From assembly GCF_016433145.1 (NCBI RefSeq), contig NC_058131.1, positions 485,677,229 to 485,741,228 on the forward strand: a stretch of 64,000 bases of DNA. The letters run 5' to 3'. The position numbers were made by a program, and so were the translations under genes. This DNA comes from Gracilinanus agilis. Lineage: Eukaryota. Shown piece after piece: positions 48,445-61,594 of the stretch (position 1 is the stretch's first letter; the number at the start of each line of letters is the position of its first letter). Below the pieces are notes generated by a model. The model saw only the letters and a list, made by a program, of their open reading frames with translations, had not been told where the DNA came from and ran no database searches.

Positions 48445-49490
48445 AAACCTCTATCTTCTGTCTTAGAATCAATACTAAATGTCCATTTCAAGGCAAAAGA
48501 GCAATAAGACACTAGGCAATCAAGATTCAATTACTTGTCCTAAGTCACAAAGCTAAGAAATATATGAGGCCAAATTTGAACCCAGGTCCTCTCTATCCAC
48601 TAAGCCACCTAGCTACCCTTTATTTTTTAAAAATATATAATCATTCCCCACATCTCCTCATTAAAATATAAGCTTGCTGAGAGTAGGGATTATTTTATTT
48701 ATTTATTAATTCATTCTTTTTAAAAACCCTTAGGGTTTTTTATTATCAAATTTTATTTTGAAACACTAATGAAAACACTAAAACTAGTGAGTTTGCCAAC
48801 TAAAATGTTTTTAAAATATAATTTTTATTTTATTTTAAAAATATTTCTCATGTTTACATGATTTGTGTTCTCCTCCTCTCTCCTTCCCGTGCTGACAACC
48901 AATTCCAGTAAAAACTTTTAGGTTTTAAGGGAGAAGGGAAAGAGCTAGGCAAACAGAGTTAAGTGACTTGCTTAGGGTCACATAGCTAGAAAGGATCTGA
49001 GGCCATATTTTAACCCAGTCCCTCTTGACTTCAGTCTTGGTGCTCTATCCCCTGTGCCATGTAGTTGCCCCTGTTTCATTCTTTCTACTTTCATTCATAA
49101 CACCTGGCACATAGTAGGCACTCAATAAATATTTGTCAGGGAAATTTGAAAAATAAGAAGTCAACTCCATTTACTCCCATTGTTTTTCTGTTGTGGCTGA
49201 CTCTTAATGACTCTGTTTGGAATTATCTTGGCAAAGATACTGGAGTGGTTTGCCATTTCCTTCCCTAGGGTTTCATTCATTTATTCTTTTTAAAAACCCT
49301 TACTTTCTGTCTTAGTTGAGAACTCTAAGAGAGAAGGGAAAGGGCTAGGCAATTTTACAGATGAGGAAACTGAGTCAAGTAGTGTTCTGACTTGTCCAAG
49401 GTCATACAGCTAATAAGTGTCTGAGGCCAGATTTGAACTTGGGAAGATGAGTCCCACTCATTCCAGGGCCAGCTCTCTATCCACGGGGCC
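48445..49490 (-). mobile_element. Cluster of degraded SINE1/MAR1 elements and L2 tails
   Basis: Several partial family motifs. Confidence 0.55.
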
Positions 49491-50186
49491 ACCAAAGTCA
49501 ATTAGTTCCCTAGTAAAGGAATTTGGGTAAATGCCAGGCTATCTATAAAGTGGTCCTTTTCAGGGAAGAGATGGCTTTAACATGTGATATCTTCACCACT
49601 CCAGATTCCATTCAGAAGTCTGTGATGTATAAAGGAAAGGCAGTTGCCATGAGAGCCCCTTTGGTTCTAGGGAGACTGCTAAATTTAATTTGAGTCCATT
49701 GCTATGAAAGGAGCCATGGAAAGAGGCTTGCTGTAATTGTCTGAATGCCAGCTCTAACTTCCATCAGGTGAAAACTGCTTCTATTGAGTCTCTCAGGCCT
49801 TACCTTGATCTCAGCCCATCAGTTTGTGTCACCTGATGTGGATTGCTATTGATGGATGGCAGAGTGAGGAGGCAGCCTTCTATTCTCAAGTGTGTTTTTA
49901 GTGGAGTGGCTCTCAGTAAATATCTTTCCTTTTCAAATACCTTTTTTCATTCACTGAATCTTTTTTTTTTTCTGCCTCCTAAGCAGTTGTTGCCCCCTTG
50001 ACACACTGACCTAATTCTGAACCACAGAATTTATCTTTTTTTTCCCTCTGGTTTCAAGGACTCCCCAACCACACTGCTTTTGCCACCTCCACCCACTCAC
50101 CCCAGCCTGAAACTGAAGCTTGTGACCATTAGATCAGGGAGTAGGGTTGTAACACACACGAATGGCTTTTGGAAAATTCCGTCGCA

Positions 50187-50395
50187 GGGGAAGCTAGGAG
50201 GCTCAATGGATTGAGAGGCAGGCTTAGAGACAGGAGATCCTGGGTTCAAATGTGACCTCAGACACTTCCTAGCTGTGTGACCCTGGGCAAGTCACTTAAC
50301 CCCCAAATGCCTAGCCCTTACCACTCTTCTGCCTTGGAAGCAATACATAGTATAGATTCTAAGATGGAAGGTAAAGGTTAAAAGGAAAAAAAAAG
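50187..50395 (+). mobile_element. SINE1_Mdo
   Basis: GGGGAAGCTAGGAGGCTCAATGGATTGAG...A-rich tail. Confidence 0.88.
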
Positions 50396-52386
50396 AAAAA
50401 TGAGGTAAATGTTCAGTAGGTTGGGAAATAGATTACCAATAGTCCCAAACACAGCTATATAACCTTCATCTCAAGGGTTATCTGGGAGTTTCTAGTATCT
50501 GATTAGGGCACCTGTATTTGTTGGTTATTCACCTCCCTAGATTCTGGGCATTTCTTCTTCTTTTTTCTTCTCCTACTGATTTCCTGCTTGGGTAAAGCCC
50601 ATTAAGTGTCTGATCTAAATAATAATCTGAGGAGAAAGCCCTTAGGAAATAACATCTCTTAGTGTTTTTTTTTTTTTTTTTTTTTTTTTTTTGCAAAACT
50701 GGGTATTTAACTTTTCACTTAATTCCTGGGCTTCTTTTGGTTAGTCTGGTGGCATGGCATGGGGGAGGTGGGTAGAGAAACTCCCAACCACTAGAGGAAG
50801 AACAAAAGTGAATTGAAAGTGTCTTATTACACAATTAGCTGCCCTTCTCTGGATTGGCTAGATGGATTTATTACAACGTTTGGCTCCAGTTTCAGGCTAG
50901 AAATTGACTGGGTTCAGGTGTTTATCTTGGTGTCTTCTGGGATGTTGCATAAATAGATGTAAACAGAGCTAGTCATTCAATTCACTCACCGGAAGGTTAA
51001 ATTGTAGGTCTTTAGGTTCCCCTAAGGGCCAATCCAGCTGTTGAAAGTGGGGGTGTGGCAAAGAGTTTGTACACATGAAAAACCAACTATTTTTTGTTAT
51101 GACAGTTACAAATTTGAGCAGTAAGAAGAGACACATGGCTGGAGATAAATTATTTATTCTGCAGCAGGGGGCTAGGGAGCTTGGGGTAAGTGTTGAATTC
51201 TGCCTTCCAGAAATCTCCAGGGTGTAAGAGGAGATTGTTGAGAGTTTAGGGAACCTTAGAGACCATCAAGGGTAATGCTCTTGTTTAATGGATTTGGAAA
51301 CTGAGGCTCAGGAAGGGATTGGTTTGATTGCTAAAAGTCACAGAGATGTTAAGTGGCAGAATAACATTTCGGACCCAGATTATAGATTGATGGCTCACAG
51401 GTCAAGAACAGAGGTTCACTGTCTTTTTGTGTGTGTTGGGGACAGCTTTAATAGTATGGAGAAGTCTATATAGACCTTTCTCAGAATGGTATTAAATTCA
51501 TTAAAAATACATAAGATTGGGCTACCTAGCTGCCCCCCAAAATATTTAATCCCCCCTGAAAACAAAACCTAAGTTCATCAATCCCAGATTAAGAATATTA
51601 GAGAGCTAATAGTAACCTCAGAAGCCATCTAGTCCAACTTCTTCCTTTTATAAGGTACTGGGCTTGGATTCAGCAAGAATTGAGTTTGAATCCTGTTTTA
51701 TATACTTACTAGCTTTGTGATGACTCCAAGACAGATGGGCAAGGGTTAGGCAAACAGGGTAAAGTAAATTGCTCAGGGTCACACATCTAGGAAGTGCCTG
51801 AGGCCAGATTTGACCCAAGGTCCTCCAGACTCCAGTCCAGATGTTCTATTTACTGAGCCACCTAGTTGTACCCCACTCCCTCTTAAATCAGTTCATTTGT
51901 CTTGAGAATAATTCAATTCAATTAAGACTTCTGCTACCTCATATCCTTTCTGGAACTGAGGCTAGTATAAATCCTAATTTAAAAAAAATTAGGTTCTTTT
52001 ATGCTGTTTATAAGAATGAGCATAGGTAGCATGTTGTCTGTAGAATTGAAAAAGCTTTGCTTCTCCATATCCCAGTAATGTTCAGAGAAAAACAGTATTA
52101 ATGGTTTCATTTTTTTCAAAAAGGAAACAGAGGCAAGGTGGGGTCAAGTGATTTATTCAAGGAGAGAGACACTGGCAACCAGGACAAAAAACTGTTGCTA
52201 GAAATATTCTTTCTTTGTCAATAAATGCTCTACTAAGTGTTAAGAATATAAAGATAGACAAAAAATATAATCCCAGTACTCAAGGAGTTCACAGTCTAAT
52301 GGAGAAGACATGATGTAAATAAGTGGCTATATAGAAGATATCTACTGAGTGGATAAAAGGTCATCTGAAAGAGGAAAGCCTTAGAG

Positions 52387-52693
52387 GCTGGGAAAACTAG
52401 GAGAGGTCTCTTTACAGAAGGGTGGTCTTTAATCTGAGCCTTAAAGAAAGTCAAGCAAACTAAGTTGAAGAGGTGAGATGGGTAGAGGTCAGGTAAGGAG
52501 AGGCAGTGCAAAGGGAGATGGAATGTCCATTTGCAAGTTGGTTAATGCTGTTGGAGGAGAATAAGGTCTAAGTACCTTTTATGGTAGTAAAGGGTCATTA
52601 TGAAGAAATCAAGGGTGAGAGGATTTAAAAAAAATTCCTTACTTTCCATTTTAGAATAGAAACTAAGTATGGGTTCCAAGGCAGAAAGGGCAG
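52387..52693 (+). repeat. Copy 1 of a ~305-bp dispersed direct duplication (L2 piece plus SINE tail)
   Basis: Colinear with 55336-55640 at offset about 2950. Confidence 0.85.
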
Positions 52694-52914
52694 CTAGATG
52701 GTTAAGTAAATTGCCCACAGTAACAAAGCTAGGAAATGTTTGAGGCCACATTTGAACCCAGGACTTACCATCATCAGGTCTGGCTTGCTATCCACTGAGC
52801 CACCTAGCTGCCTCCAAAGTCAGAGGATTTTATAATTTGAGGCCATACTACAATATGATGTGGACAGACCTACTATGCTTTAGGAAAATTACTTTGGGAG
52901 CTTAGTGGAATTCA

Positions 52915-53140
52915 ATTGTTGTTCACCCTTCATTTAGAAGAGGACTAATGATGATATAAGGCGATATCTTGACTAGAGCATGAATTAGATATAAATGAGG
53001 CAGAGCTGTATAAAGTTGGCAGTCTTACTCTCTTCCAGTCATGGAAGTCCAGTGGCAAGACAAAAGTCAGAATGACTGGCGATTTGCCCAGGATGTAGTG
53101 GATGTGGTTGACCTTGACATCTCTGATGTGTGACTAAGCT
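52915..53140 (-). mobile_element. Second copy of the RTE-SINE-like repeat
   Basis: Reverse complement of part of 8860-9240. Confidence 0.55.
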
Positions 53141-53673
53141 CAGAAAAATCAGTCTGAAGGCTGTTGTACTAGTCCATTTAGCTTATGTGAGGGCCCAAAC
53201 TAAGTTGGGGCAGTAGGAATTGAGATAAAACATATATGAGAGATATATGGATATATGGCATGAGTGAAAGCGAGGAGTTGAGACTGACACTAAGATGGGA
53301 AAAAAGATAATGAGTTCTGTTTTGAGTTGAGTTTAAGAAAAATCTAGCATATCTAGTTTGAGGTGTTCAAGCAGCAATTGTGGCTCAGGAGAGATAAGGG
53401 CTTGATATACATTCAGATGATAACTGAATCCAGGGGAACTGAGATCATCAAGAGAGAAATGTAGAGAAAAAGCGAAGGTGTCCTAGATCAGAGCCTTGGT
53501 GGTCATCCATGAAGATGGAAGGAATAGATGGACAGATAGATTTTGCAGAATAAGTGACCTGAAAACCCACATTTCTTTTGTTTGAACAGATACATGCATA
53601 ACATACGTAAACTCTAAATTGATTCTACTAATTAGCAATTGCAAAAATGTTATGGCTATGTAAAGTTGCATCA

Positions 53674-53898
53674 GGGGGCAGCTGGGTAGCTCAATGGATT
53701 GAGAGCCAGGCCTAGAGACAGGAGGTCCTAGGTTCAAATCTGGTCTCAGACACTTCCCAGCTGTGTGGCCCTGGGCAAGTCACTTGACCCCTATTGCTTA
53801 ACCCTTACCACTATTGCTTAACCCTTACCACTCTTCTGCCTTGGAACCAATACACAGTATTGGTTCCAAGACAGAAGGTAAAGGTTTGAAAAAAAAAA
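53674..53898 (+). mobile_element. SINE1_Mdo with internal 20-bp tandem duplication
   Basis: CTATTGCTTAACCCTTACCA twice (53791-53830); TSD-like taaagttgcatca / taaagttcatca. Confidence 0.9.
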
Positions 53899-54624
53899 TA
53901 AAGTTCATCAGTTGGTCAAATGATGAGGCTTGTTCTATTCTTTCAGTTGTGAAATCAGCCCTGAGACAGATGAATACAGGAGACCATATTCTTTTGGAAT
54001 CCCAAGAACCAGTTAGAACTAATTGGCACTTTAGACAACAATATTAGCATTCTATGGACATTTAAAAGGAGAGAGTGAAGGAAAATGATTGATACAGTTG
54101 TGTGATACTCCTTTCTGGCAAACTATCAAGGACTCCTGAAATCTTTAGATGTTCTCCTTCTGGGGATCTAGAATTTAGAGCCTAGAAAAAGAAATGTTGA
54201 ATAAAATTTGCTTACCCATAAGCTTTATTCAATGATGGAAAGGGATTAGATAATTAAAAAAATACACGTAGTTTGGATTTTTAGTTGATCCCACATAAAG
54301 ATCATTTCCACCAAAGACCAACAGCAAAGCAGAATTCACTAGGAGTATGGAGAATTTCTTTGAGAGATCCATGGATGCTTTTAATTTAATGTATTTATAT
54401 TAGATAAGAAATATCACTTTTGTACACTTTCATGCCCATGCTCCCTAACTTTCCTATTATCCCTAGACTCTCCCTTTGATTGCTTCTTGAAGTTTCACCT
54501 CCTCTACAAAGCTTATCTGATTAATTTCTCTGAGGCTTCAAAACAAAATATTCAACTTCTTCTACTCCTGAGATTTGCCACTCTTTCTCAGTGTTCTTTG
54601 AATATAGTTTTTATTTATACACCT

Positions 54625-54827
54625 AAAAATCCTCTAATTTTCTGGCTTAGAATCAATACAACTGTGTATTGATTTCAAGTCAGAAGAGTGATTAAGGGCT
54701 AGGAAATGGGGGTTAAGTGACTTGCCCAAGGGTCAGGCAACTAGGGAGTGCCTCAGGTCAAATTTGAATCCAGGACCTCTTATCTCTAGATCTGGCTTTC
54801 AATCCACTGAGTCACCAAGCTGCCCCC
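54625..54827 (-). mobile_element. SINE1_Mdo-like SINE
   Basis: Family motifs. Confidence 0.8.
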
Positions 54828-55335
54828 ATAAATGATACACTTTCCTTTTTTAGCTTTATCTCCTACTGATTCCCAGTATAATACTCAGTTCCATCCAGGG
54901 TGGTATATGTACTCTTCTCTAAACACATCTTTCACATTTCTGCTTCATTGCCTTTGTTCAATTCATCATTCACCCGGACTGTAATGCTCTCTCTCTTCCC
55001 CTCTACACACCTGAGACCTATCTAATTTTCTAAGTTCAAGTTCTGTCCTCTCTGTGAAACCTAATCTGGCCACCACAGTCCATAACAAAGTTTCCTTCTC
55101 TGATTTCCTATTGTACTTTATTCACCTTATCATTATTTTAACATAATCATTTACCATTTTCAGAGGGAGCTAGGTAGAAAGAATACTGGATCTGGAGTCA
55201 TGAAGACCTGATTTCAAATCCTACCTCAGATACTACCTGTGTGATTGTGGGCAAGTCATCTTAATCTGTCTTCCTAAGTTACCTTAACTGTAAAATAGGA
55301 ATAACTGTGAATATCAAAAGAGGAAGGAATTCGAA

Positions 55336-55640
55336 GCTGGGAAAAGTAGGAGAGGTCTCCTTACAGAAAGGTAACCTTTAATCTGAGCCTTGAAGGAAGG
55401 CAAGGAAACTATGTTGAAGAAGTGAGATGGGCAGAGATCAGGTAAGGAGAGGCAGTGCAAAGGGAGATGGAATGTCCAATTGTAAGTTGGCTAATGTTAT
55501 TGGAGGATAGTAAGGTCTAAGACAAACAGAAAAATAGGAAAGGGGCAAGTTATGAAGAAATCTAAAGGTTAGACATTTATAAAAACACTTACCTTCTGTT
55601 TTAGGATAGATACTAAGTATGTGTTCTAAGGCAGAAGGGC
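55336..55640 (+). repeat. Copy 2 of the dispersed direct duplication
   Basis: Identical 41-mer at 52489-52529 and 55438-55478. Confidence 0.85.
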
Positions 55641-56029
55641 AAGGAAGTGATGGTGAACCTGTTAAAGATTGTTTGACCAAAGTACACCTTCATGCTGCCT
55701 GTGAGCCATCTCACTCCCTTCCCCCAATAACCCCAGATAGGGTAGGGAGGAAGTGCTTGCATTGGTCTGCTGGACAGAGGGGCAGGTGATATGAAAAAAC
55801 GTCCTCAGGCCTGATGGAGAGGTAAGGGAAACAGCCTCTTCTGGCACAGGTACCATAGGTTTGCCAAGATGGGGCTAGGTGGTTAGAGTTAAGCGGACCT
55901 ATTTGAAAAATAAAACCAGCTACTTCCTAGGATGTTATGAGGACTAGAAGTTTGTAAAAGTACTTTGCCAAGCTAAAAGAGCTATATAAATACTAAGTAT
56001 TATTTTAGCTATTTATTTATTTATTTATT

Positions 56030-56228
56030 TAAAAAACACTCTTACCTTTCAGCTTAGAATCAATACTAAGTATTGTTTCTAAGGTAGAAGAACTGTAAGG
56101 GAAGGCAATGGGGGTTAAGTGACTTATCCAAGATCACACAGTTAGGAAGCATCTGAGGCCAGATTAAAACCCAGGACCTTTTGTTTCTGGGCCTGGCTCT
56201 CAATCCACTGAGTCACCTAGCTGCCTTC
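56030..56228 (-). mobile_element. SINE1_Mdo-like SINE
   Basis: Family motifs. Confidence 0.8.
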
Positions 56229-59200
56229 TATAATGCCATACACTTTGAAAATAAGCCAGGATATAGTATGCTTCTTCTGGGAGTTGAGGAGGGAGGAAGG
56301 GATGAAAATGGGAGAAGGGAAAGCTAATCTCCTCCAGGATCTATTACATCTACCCCAAGAAACACATGAATAGACAAAAGAACCACTCATCTGTGGCAGG
56401 AGGCAAGACATCCTACTTAAAAGAGTCAGTGGTCACATTCCATACCACTTCCTCAGCAGCCCCTGGACTATTGCAAAGGTAGACAGGTCATAAAGTTGCT
56501 TGAATGGAAAATTCCATTATAGAATTCACAATAAAGAAAAAAAAAGTTTATAAATGTTGGAGGATGCTACTGTCTTTCCAGCCACCAAGGTGTGCCACCT
56601 TGGGGTCAGCCTCCACTGTTCTCTTTCGCCCCACGTAATTGCCAAATCAATTGTCAAATCTTGCCATTTCTGCCTCTATTATATCTCTTGCATATGACCT
56701 CTCCTCTCCATTCACACAGCTGCTCCCTTCTTTAAGGCTCTCTTCACCTCTCATTTCACTGGTTTTCCTAATTGATCTTTCATTTGTCTTCCACACAGCT
56801 GCTAAAGTACAAGACTGACCATGCTGTTCTTTATTCAATACACTATGATTATTTCCAAGGGACAGGCAAAATAACAATAATAATAACTAACATTTATATA
56901 GCATTTACCATATGTAGGCACTGTGCTAAGAGCTTTTCATTTTTTATCTCATTTGATCCTCACAACAACCTTGGGAGACAGGGGGATAGTATTTTCTCCA
57001 TTTTATAGATGAAGAAATGGAGGCAACCAGAGTTAAATAACTTGTCCAGAGTCATATAGCCTGAGACACTAGAAGAATGGTGATGCCTTCAACAGAACTG
57101 GATATTAAAAGAAGAGGATAGAAGGAGATATTTAAGCTAAGTCTTAAAGGAAACCAGGGATTCTGATAGGTAGAAGAGAGGAAGGAACATATCCCACAGC
57201 TTAGGATAAGGCACAGAGACAGGAAATGGAGTATTATATGTGAGGAACACCAAAAGTTCAGTTTGGCTACTACCAGAATCCTTGGATTCCTTCAAGACTG
57301 CTTCTTGGGTGAGGGTTAAAACTGGTTCCTGAATTCTACCAACATCTCCCCAATTTATAGTACTTAGCACAGTGCCTGGAATGTAGTAGGTATTTAATTA
57401 AAGTTAATTGATTGATTATCTGCTTTGTGTTTATATTTGTGTACATGTTATCTCTCTTGTTAGAATGTGAACTCCTTGAGGACAGAGACCATTTTATTTT
57501 TATCGTTGTACTCTCCAGGGACTAGTTGACATAGTTGACACTTAAATACTGATTGGTTTATTGGCTGATTGATTAGAGGCAGTACCAAGGTTAAGATGGA
57601 ATATGATTATACTAAAACATTCCACATCTTTTTCAAGGACTTGGCTGTAAGTTATTAGACAACCATTTACTTGTTTTGACTGTATGTGGCTTTAGTTACT
57701 TCAGTTCTTTGGACCTCCAAAGTGGGGGTACTTAGAAATTACCTTCTGTTTTAGTATCAGTTCCAAGACAGAAGAGGGGTAATGGCTTGGCATTTGGGGT
57801 TAAGTGACTTGCCAAGGGTCAAGTATCTGAGTATAAGCAAGTATCTGAGGTCAGATTTGAAACCAGGTCCTCCTAAATCCAGGCCTGGTGCTCTACCTAG
57901 ATGCCCCCTTATTAAATTTTTAAATGACATATAATCTTAAATTATATGTAATAATAAATAAATATAATATGTCATACAAATATAATAAATAATAAATTAC
58001 ATATAATAAATTGTAATATACAAATAAATGTATATTGTTCAGTTGTTTCAGTCATGTTCTACTCTTTGTGACCCCATTTGGAGTTTTCTTGGCAGAGATC
58101 CTGGAGTGTTTTGCCATTTCCTTTTCCAGTTCATTTTATATGGGAGGAAACTGAGGCAAAGAGGATTAATATAAATTAGAAATTATAAATTAGACATAAA
58201 GCTGCCCTCTAGTCTGTGACTATAAGAGGTACAGAGGAAGAGAAATGGAGTGGAGTCACTGGGTAAAGTAAGAAAATTATGGTTTTCAGAAAAGGAGAAG
58301 GCCTAGACCTTGTTTTGCTACTATTTAGCTAGCTGTGTGAAACTGAGCAAGTTTCTCAATTTTTCTTACTTTTTTTATTCTTTATAATTAATAATATTCC
58401 TTTATTTTTTTCCTATTAAATGAGAAAGTTGTAGTAGTTGGCCTCTATGGTCCCTTCTAGCACAAATATTTGATGATTCTCTGATAAGTGGTAATCACTC
58501 TAGCTACCTCCAGGCAGAGAGGTAGTGCAGTAGACAGAGGGTTGGGCCTGGAGTCAGAAAGACCAGAATTCAAATCCCCCCCTCAGATATTAATTAGCTC
58601 GGTGACTCTGGGCAAGTCGTTTAACCTCAGTTTATTCAGCTATCAAAGGAGGGTAATAATATCACCTACCTTCCTGGATCATTATGAGACTGAAATGAGA
58701 TAATAATCATTCCTTCCACATCTCGACTTTCCCCATTGTAGTTTTGATTTATCTTGGGTCCTCATAAGAAATTAAGTGGGAGTTTTTGAGACAGAGTTTT
58801 TGTGGACACCATCACAACACTCGAAGGCCAGCAGATGACACAGAAAAAGTTTAGAAACTCAGAAATGCATTTTTTTACATTTACAATAAGGTACTATAAA
58901 TGACCCTTAAAAGAAAAAGATAAAATTTAGACTTCTTTGGTATGAAGGGAGGGCCAAAAATTTTTACTCAGATTTTCCAGATCTTGTGGGGTGCTATGAC
59001 CCTAACCCCAGAGATGTGGAAAGGATAATTGTATATGTAAAGCTCTGGCACATAGTAGGCACTTTAATGCCTATTTTGCTTCTTCCCTTCCTTCTTTGCT
59101 CTTTCCTTCCTTTGCTCTCTTCTCTAAACCTGACTTTATTCTTAAGTCAAACAATGAAAGAAAATGATAATGATGTACAATCTATAAATACCTAGAGGGA

Positions 59201-59309
59201 AAACAGACTAAAGAATAGCAAATAGCGTGAGTTTAGAAAAAAGCAGATCATGTCAGAAAACTCCAATCACTTTTAAAAAATCACATCACAAAAGCAGTAA
59301 ATCAGAAGG

Positions 59310-59680
59310 AGGCAGCTGCTATAATATATGTGGACTTTCATGAAGCACTTGAAGGCGAATGTCATGAAATCTTGTCTGAGAAATTAATTCAAATTGGCTT
59401 GGGTGGAAGCCCTGCCACTCAGACTGAAAGCTGCCTTGAACAACTGGAGAGAAAGTCATGATGACAAATGGTCAAGGTTTTGAGGATTGTAGGAAGTCAG
59501 GAGAGAAGACCTAATTTTGCCTTCATTATTTAATGATCTGGAAGGGAGGTGAAACTCGGGGAATAATGCAATTTGCACACGGAGTTAAATGTGCAGGTGT
59601 CATTATAAAGGGTCTGAGGATGTAGGGCAGACTGGAACAATAGCAATGGATTCAGGCAGGACAAATGTACTGTGACCTTC
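59310..59680 (+). mobile_element. Very old CR1/L3 LINE RT remnant
   Basis: Degenerate IYxDFxKA..HEIL..KL-like and F-NDL...QFA-like segments; heavily mutated. Confidence 0.5.
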
Positions 59681-60090
59681 CTCTGGGGAAGAGACAGTGT
59701 GGTGCAGTAGTGAAAAGAATGCTAGATTTGCGGGACCTGGTTTTAAATCTGATCTTTGATATTTACGTGGGCAAGCCAATTTACTTCTTGATTCTGCTTC
59801 CTCCTCTTTAAAACAATCATAACTAAGGAAGTGAGTATTTATATAACACTTACTATGTTCCAAACACTGTGCTAAATATATTAAAAAATGACTATCTCAT
59901 TTGATCTTCCCAAACACCCTGGGAGGAAGGTGATTTTAATTAGTCCCATTTTATAGTAGAGGAAAATGAGATAGATAGGTGTTAAGTGAATTGTACAAGG
60001 TCACAAAGTTTTTAAGTGTCTGAGGTAGAATTTGAACTCAGGTTTTTCTGATTCCAATCTAGGCGCAGTGCTTTATTCACTGCACCGCCA

Positions 60091-60097
<7 letters not shown>

Positions 60098-60132
<35 letters not shown>
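60098..60132. repeat. (AC)n microsatellite
   Basis: Direct tandem repeat. Confidence 0.95.
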
Positions 60133-60134
<2 letters not shown>

Positions 60135-60350
60135 GCATACACTTGTTTTTTTCAGTTGTCTCTGACTCTTGGTGACCATTTTTTTTTTACAATATCTTCT
60201 CCAGTTCATTTTACAGAAGAAGAAATTAAGGCAAACAGGATTAAATGACTTGTTTAGGGTTATACATCTAGTAAATGTCTGAGGTCAGATTTAAACAGAT
60301 CTTCTTGACTCTAGGCTTGGTGCTCTATTCATTATTGCCTAGCTGCCATC

Positions 60351-60479
60351 NNNNNNNNNNNNNNNNNNNNNNNNNNNNNNNNNNNNNNNNNNNNNNNNNN
60401 NNNNNNNNNNNNNNNNNNNNNNNNNNNNNNNNNNNNNNNNNNNNNNNNNNNNNNNNNNNNNNNNNNNNNNNNNNNNNNN
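60351..60479. other. Undetermined N run (129 nt) followed by TA-rich low complexity to about 60600
   Basis: Directly visible. Confidence 0.99.
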
Positions 60480-60884
60480 CATATACACATACATATAGAT
60501 AGATATAGATGAAGCTATATATTGATATATATGTGGTATATCTATATATAATGAATATGTATATATCTGCATGTATAATATATCTATAAGTAACACTTAT
60601 ATAGTGGTTTAAAATTTGCAATGTACTTTACATGTTATCTAATTCAATACTCATAATGATCATGTGAGATAAGTACTGTGAAAGTGTCTGTTTCATAGAT
60701 GAGGAAAATAAAAGTGTAACTTGCCCAGCATCCCCAATTAGTAAGAGTTTGAAGTAGGATTTGAACTCAGGTCTAGCAGTCTAGTACTGTACCGACTGTG
60801 CCACACAGGTACTGTAAAACTACCAGACAAGTCTCTTATAGTTCTAGAATTCTATGATTTAAAAAAAAATTGTTTATGTGGATT

Positions 60885-61070
60885 TTTAAAACCCCTGCCT
60901 TCTGTCTTAGAATTGATTACTAAATATTGCTTCCAAGACAGTAGAGTGGTAAGGGCTAGAAGACTTAGGTTAAGTTCAGGGATACACAGTTAGAAAGTGT
61001 CTGAGGCTAGGTTTGAACTCAGGACCTCCCATCTGTAAGCCTAGCTCTCTGTTCAATGAGCCTCTTAGCA
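60885..61070 (-). mobile_element. Degraded SINE1/SINE2_Mdo-like SINE
   Basis: Family motifs. Confidence 0.7.
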
Positions 61071-61177
61071 TGTGGATTTTTAAGGTAGAGTAAGAAGGAG
61101 CCAAATATGAAAGTAGAATTAAGGTATGAAAAAGTGCCTGGGGGATACCAATAGGAATATTGCATGTCCTCATCTTT

Positions 61178-61378
61178 TTTTTAAAACCCTTACCTTCTGT
61201 CTTGGAGTCAATACTGTGTATTGGTTCCAAGGTAGAAGAGTGGTAAGGGCTGGGCAATAGGGGTCAAGTGACTTGTCCAGGGTCACACAGCTAGGCAGTG
61301 TCTGAGGCCAGATTTGAACCTAGGACTTCCCGTCTCTAGGTCTGGCTCTCAGTCCACTGAGCCACCCAACTGCCTCTG
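61178..61378 (-). mobile_element. SINE1_Mdo
   Basis: Near-consensus body. Confidence 0.88.
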
Positions 61379-61412
61379 CCTTCATCTTTAGAGTGGCCAG
61401 GATGGATATATA

Positions 61413-61594
61413 TTTTTTAAACCCTTAACTTCTGTGTATTGGCTCCTTGGTGGAAGAGTGATAAGGGTGGGCAATGGGGGTCAAGTGACTTGCCCAGGGC
61501 CACACAGCTGGGAAGTGTCTGAGGCCAGATTTGAACCTAGAACCTCCCGTCTCTAGGCCTGACTCTCAATCCACTGAGCTACCCAGCTGCCCCC
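61413..61594 (-). mobile_element. Young SINE1_Mdo (short-tail variant) with TSD
   Basis: AGGATGGATAT at 61399-61409 and 61596-61606. Confidence 0.9.
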
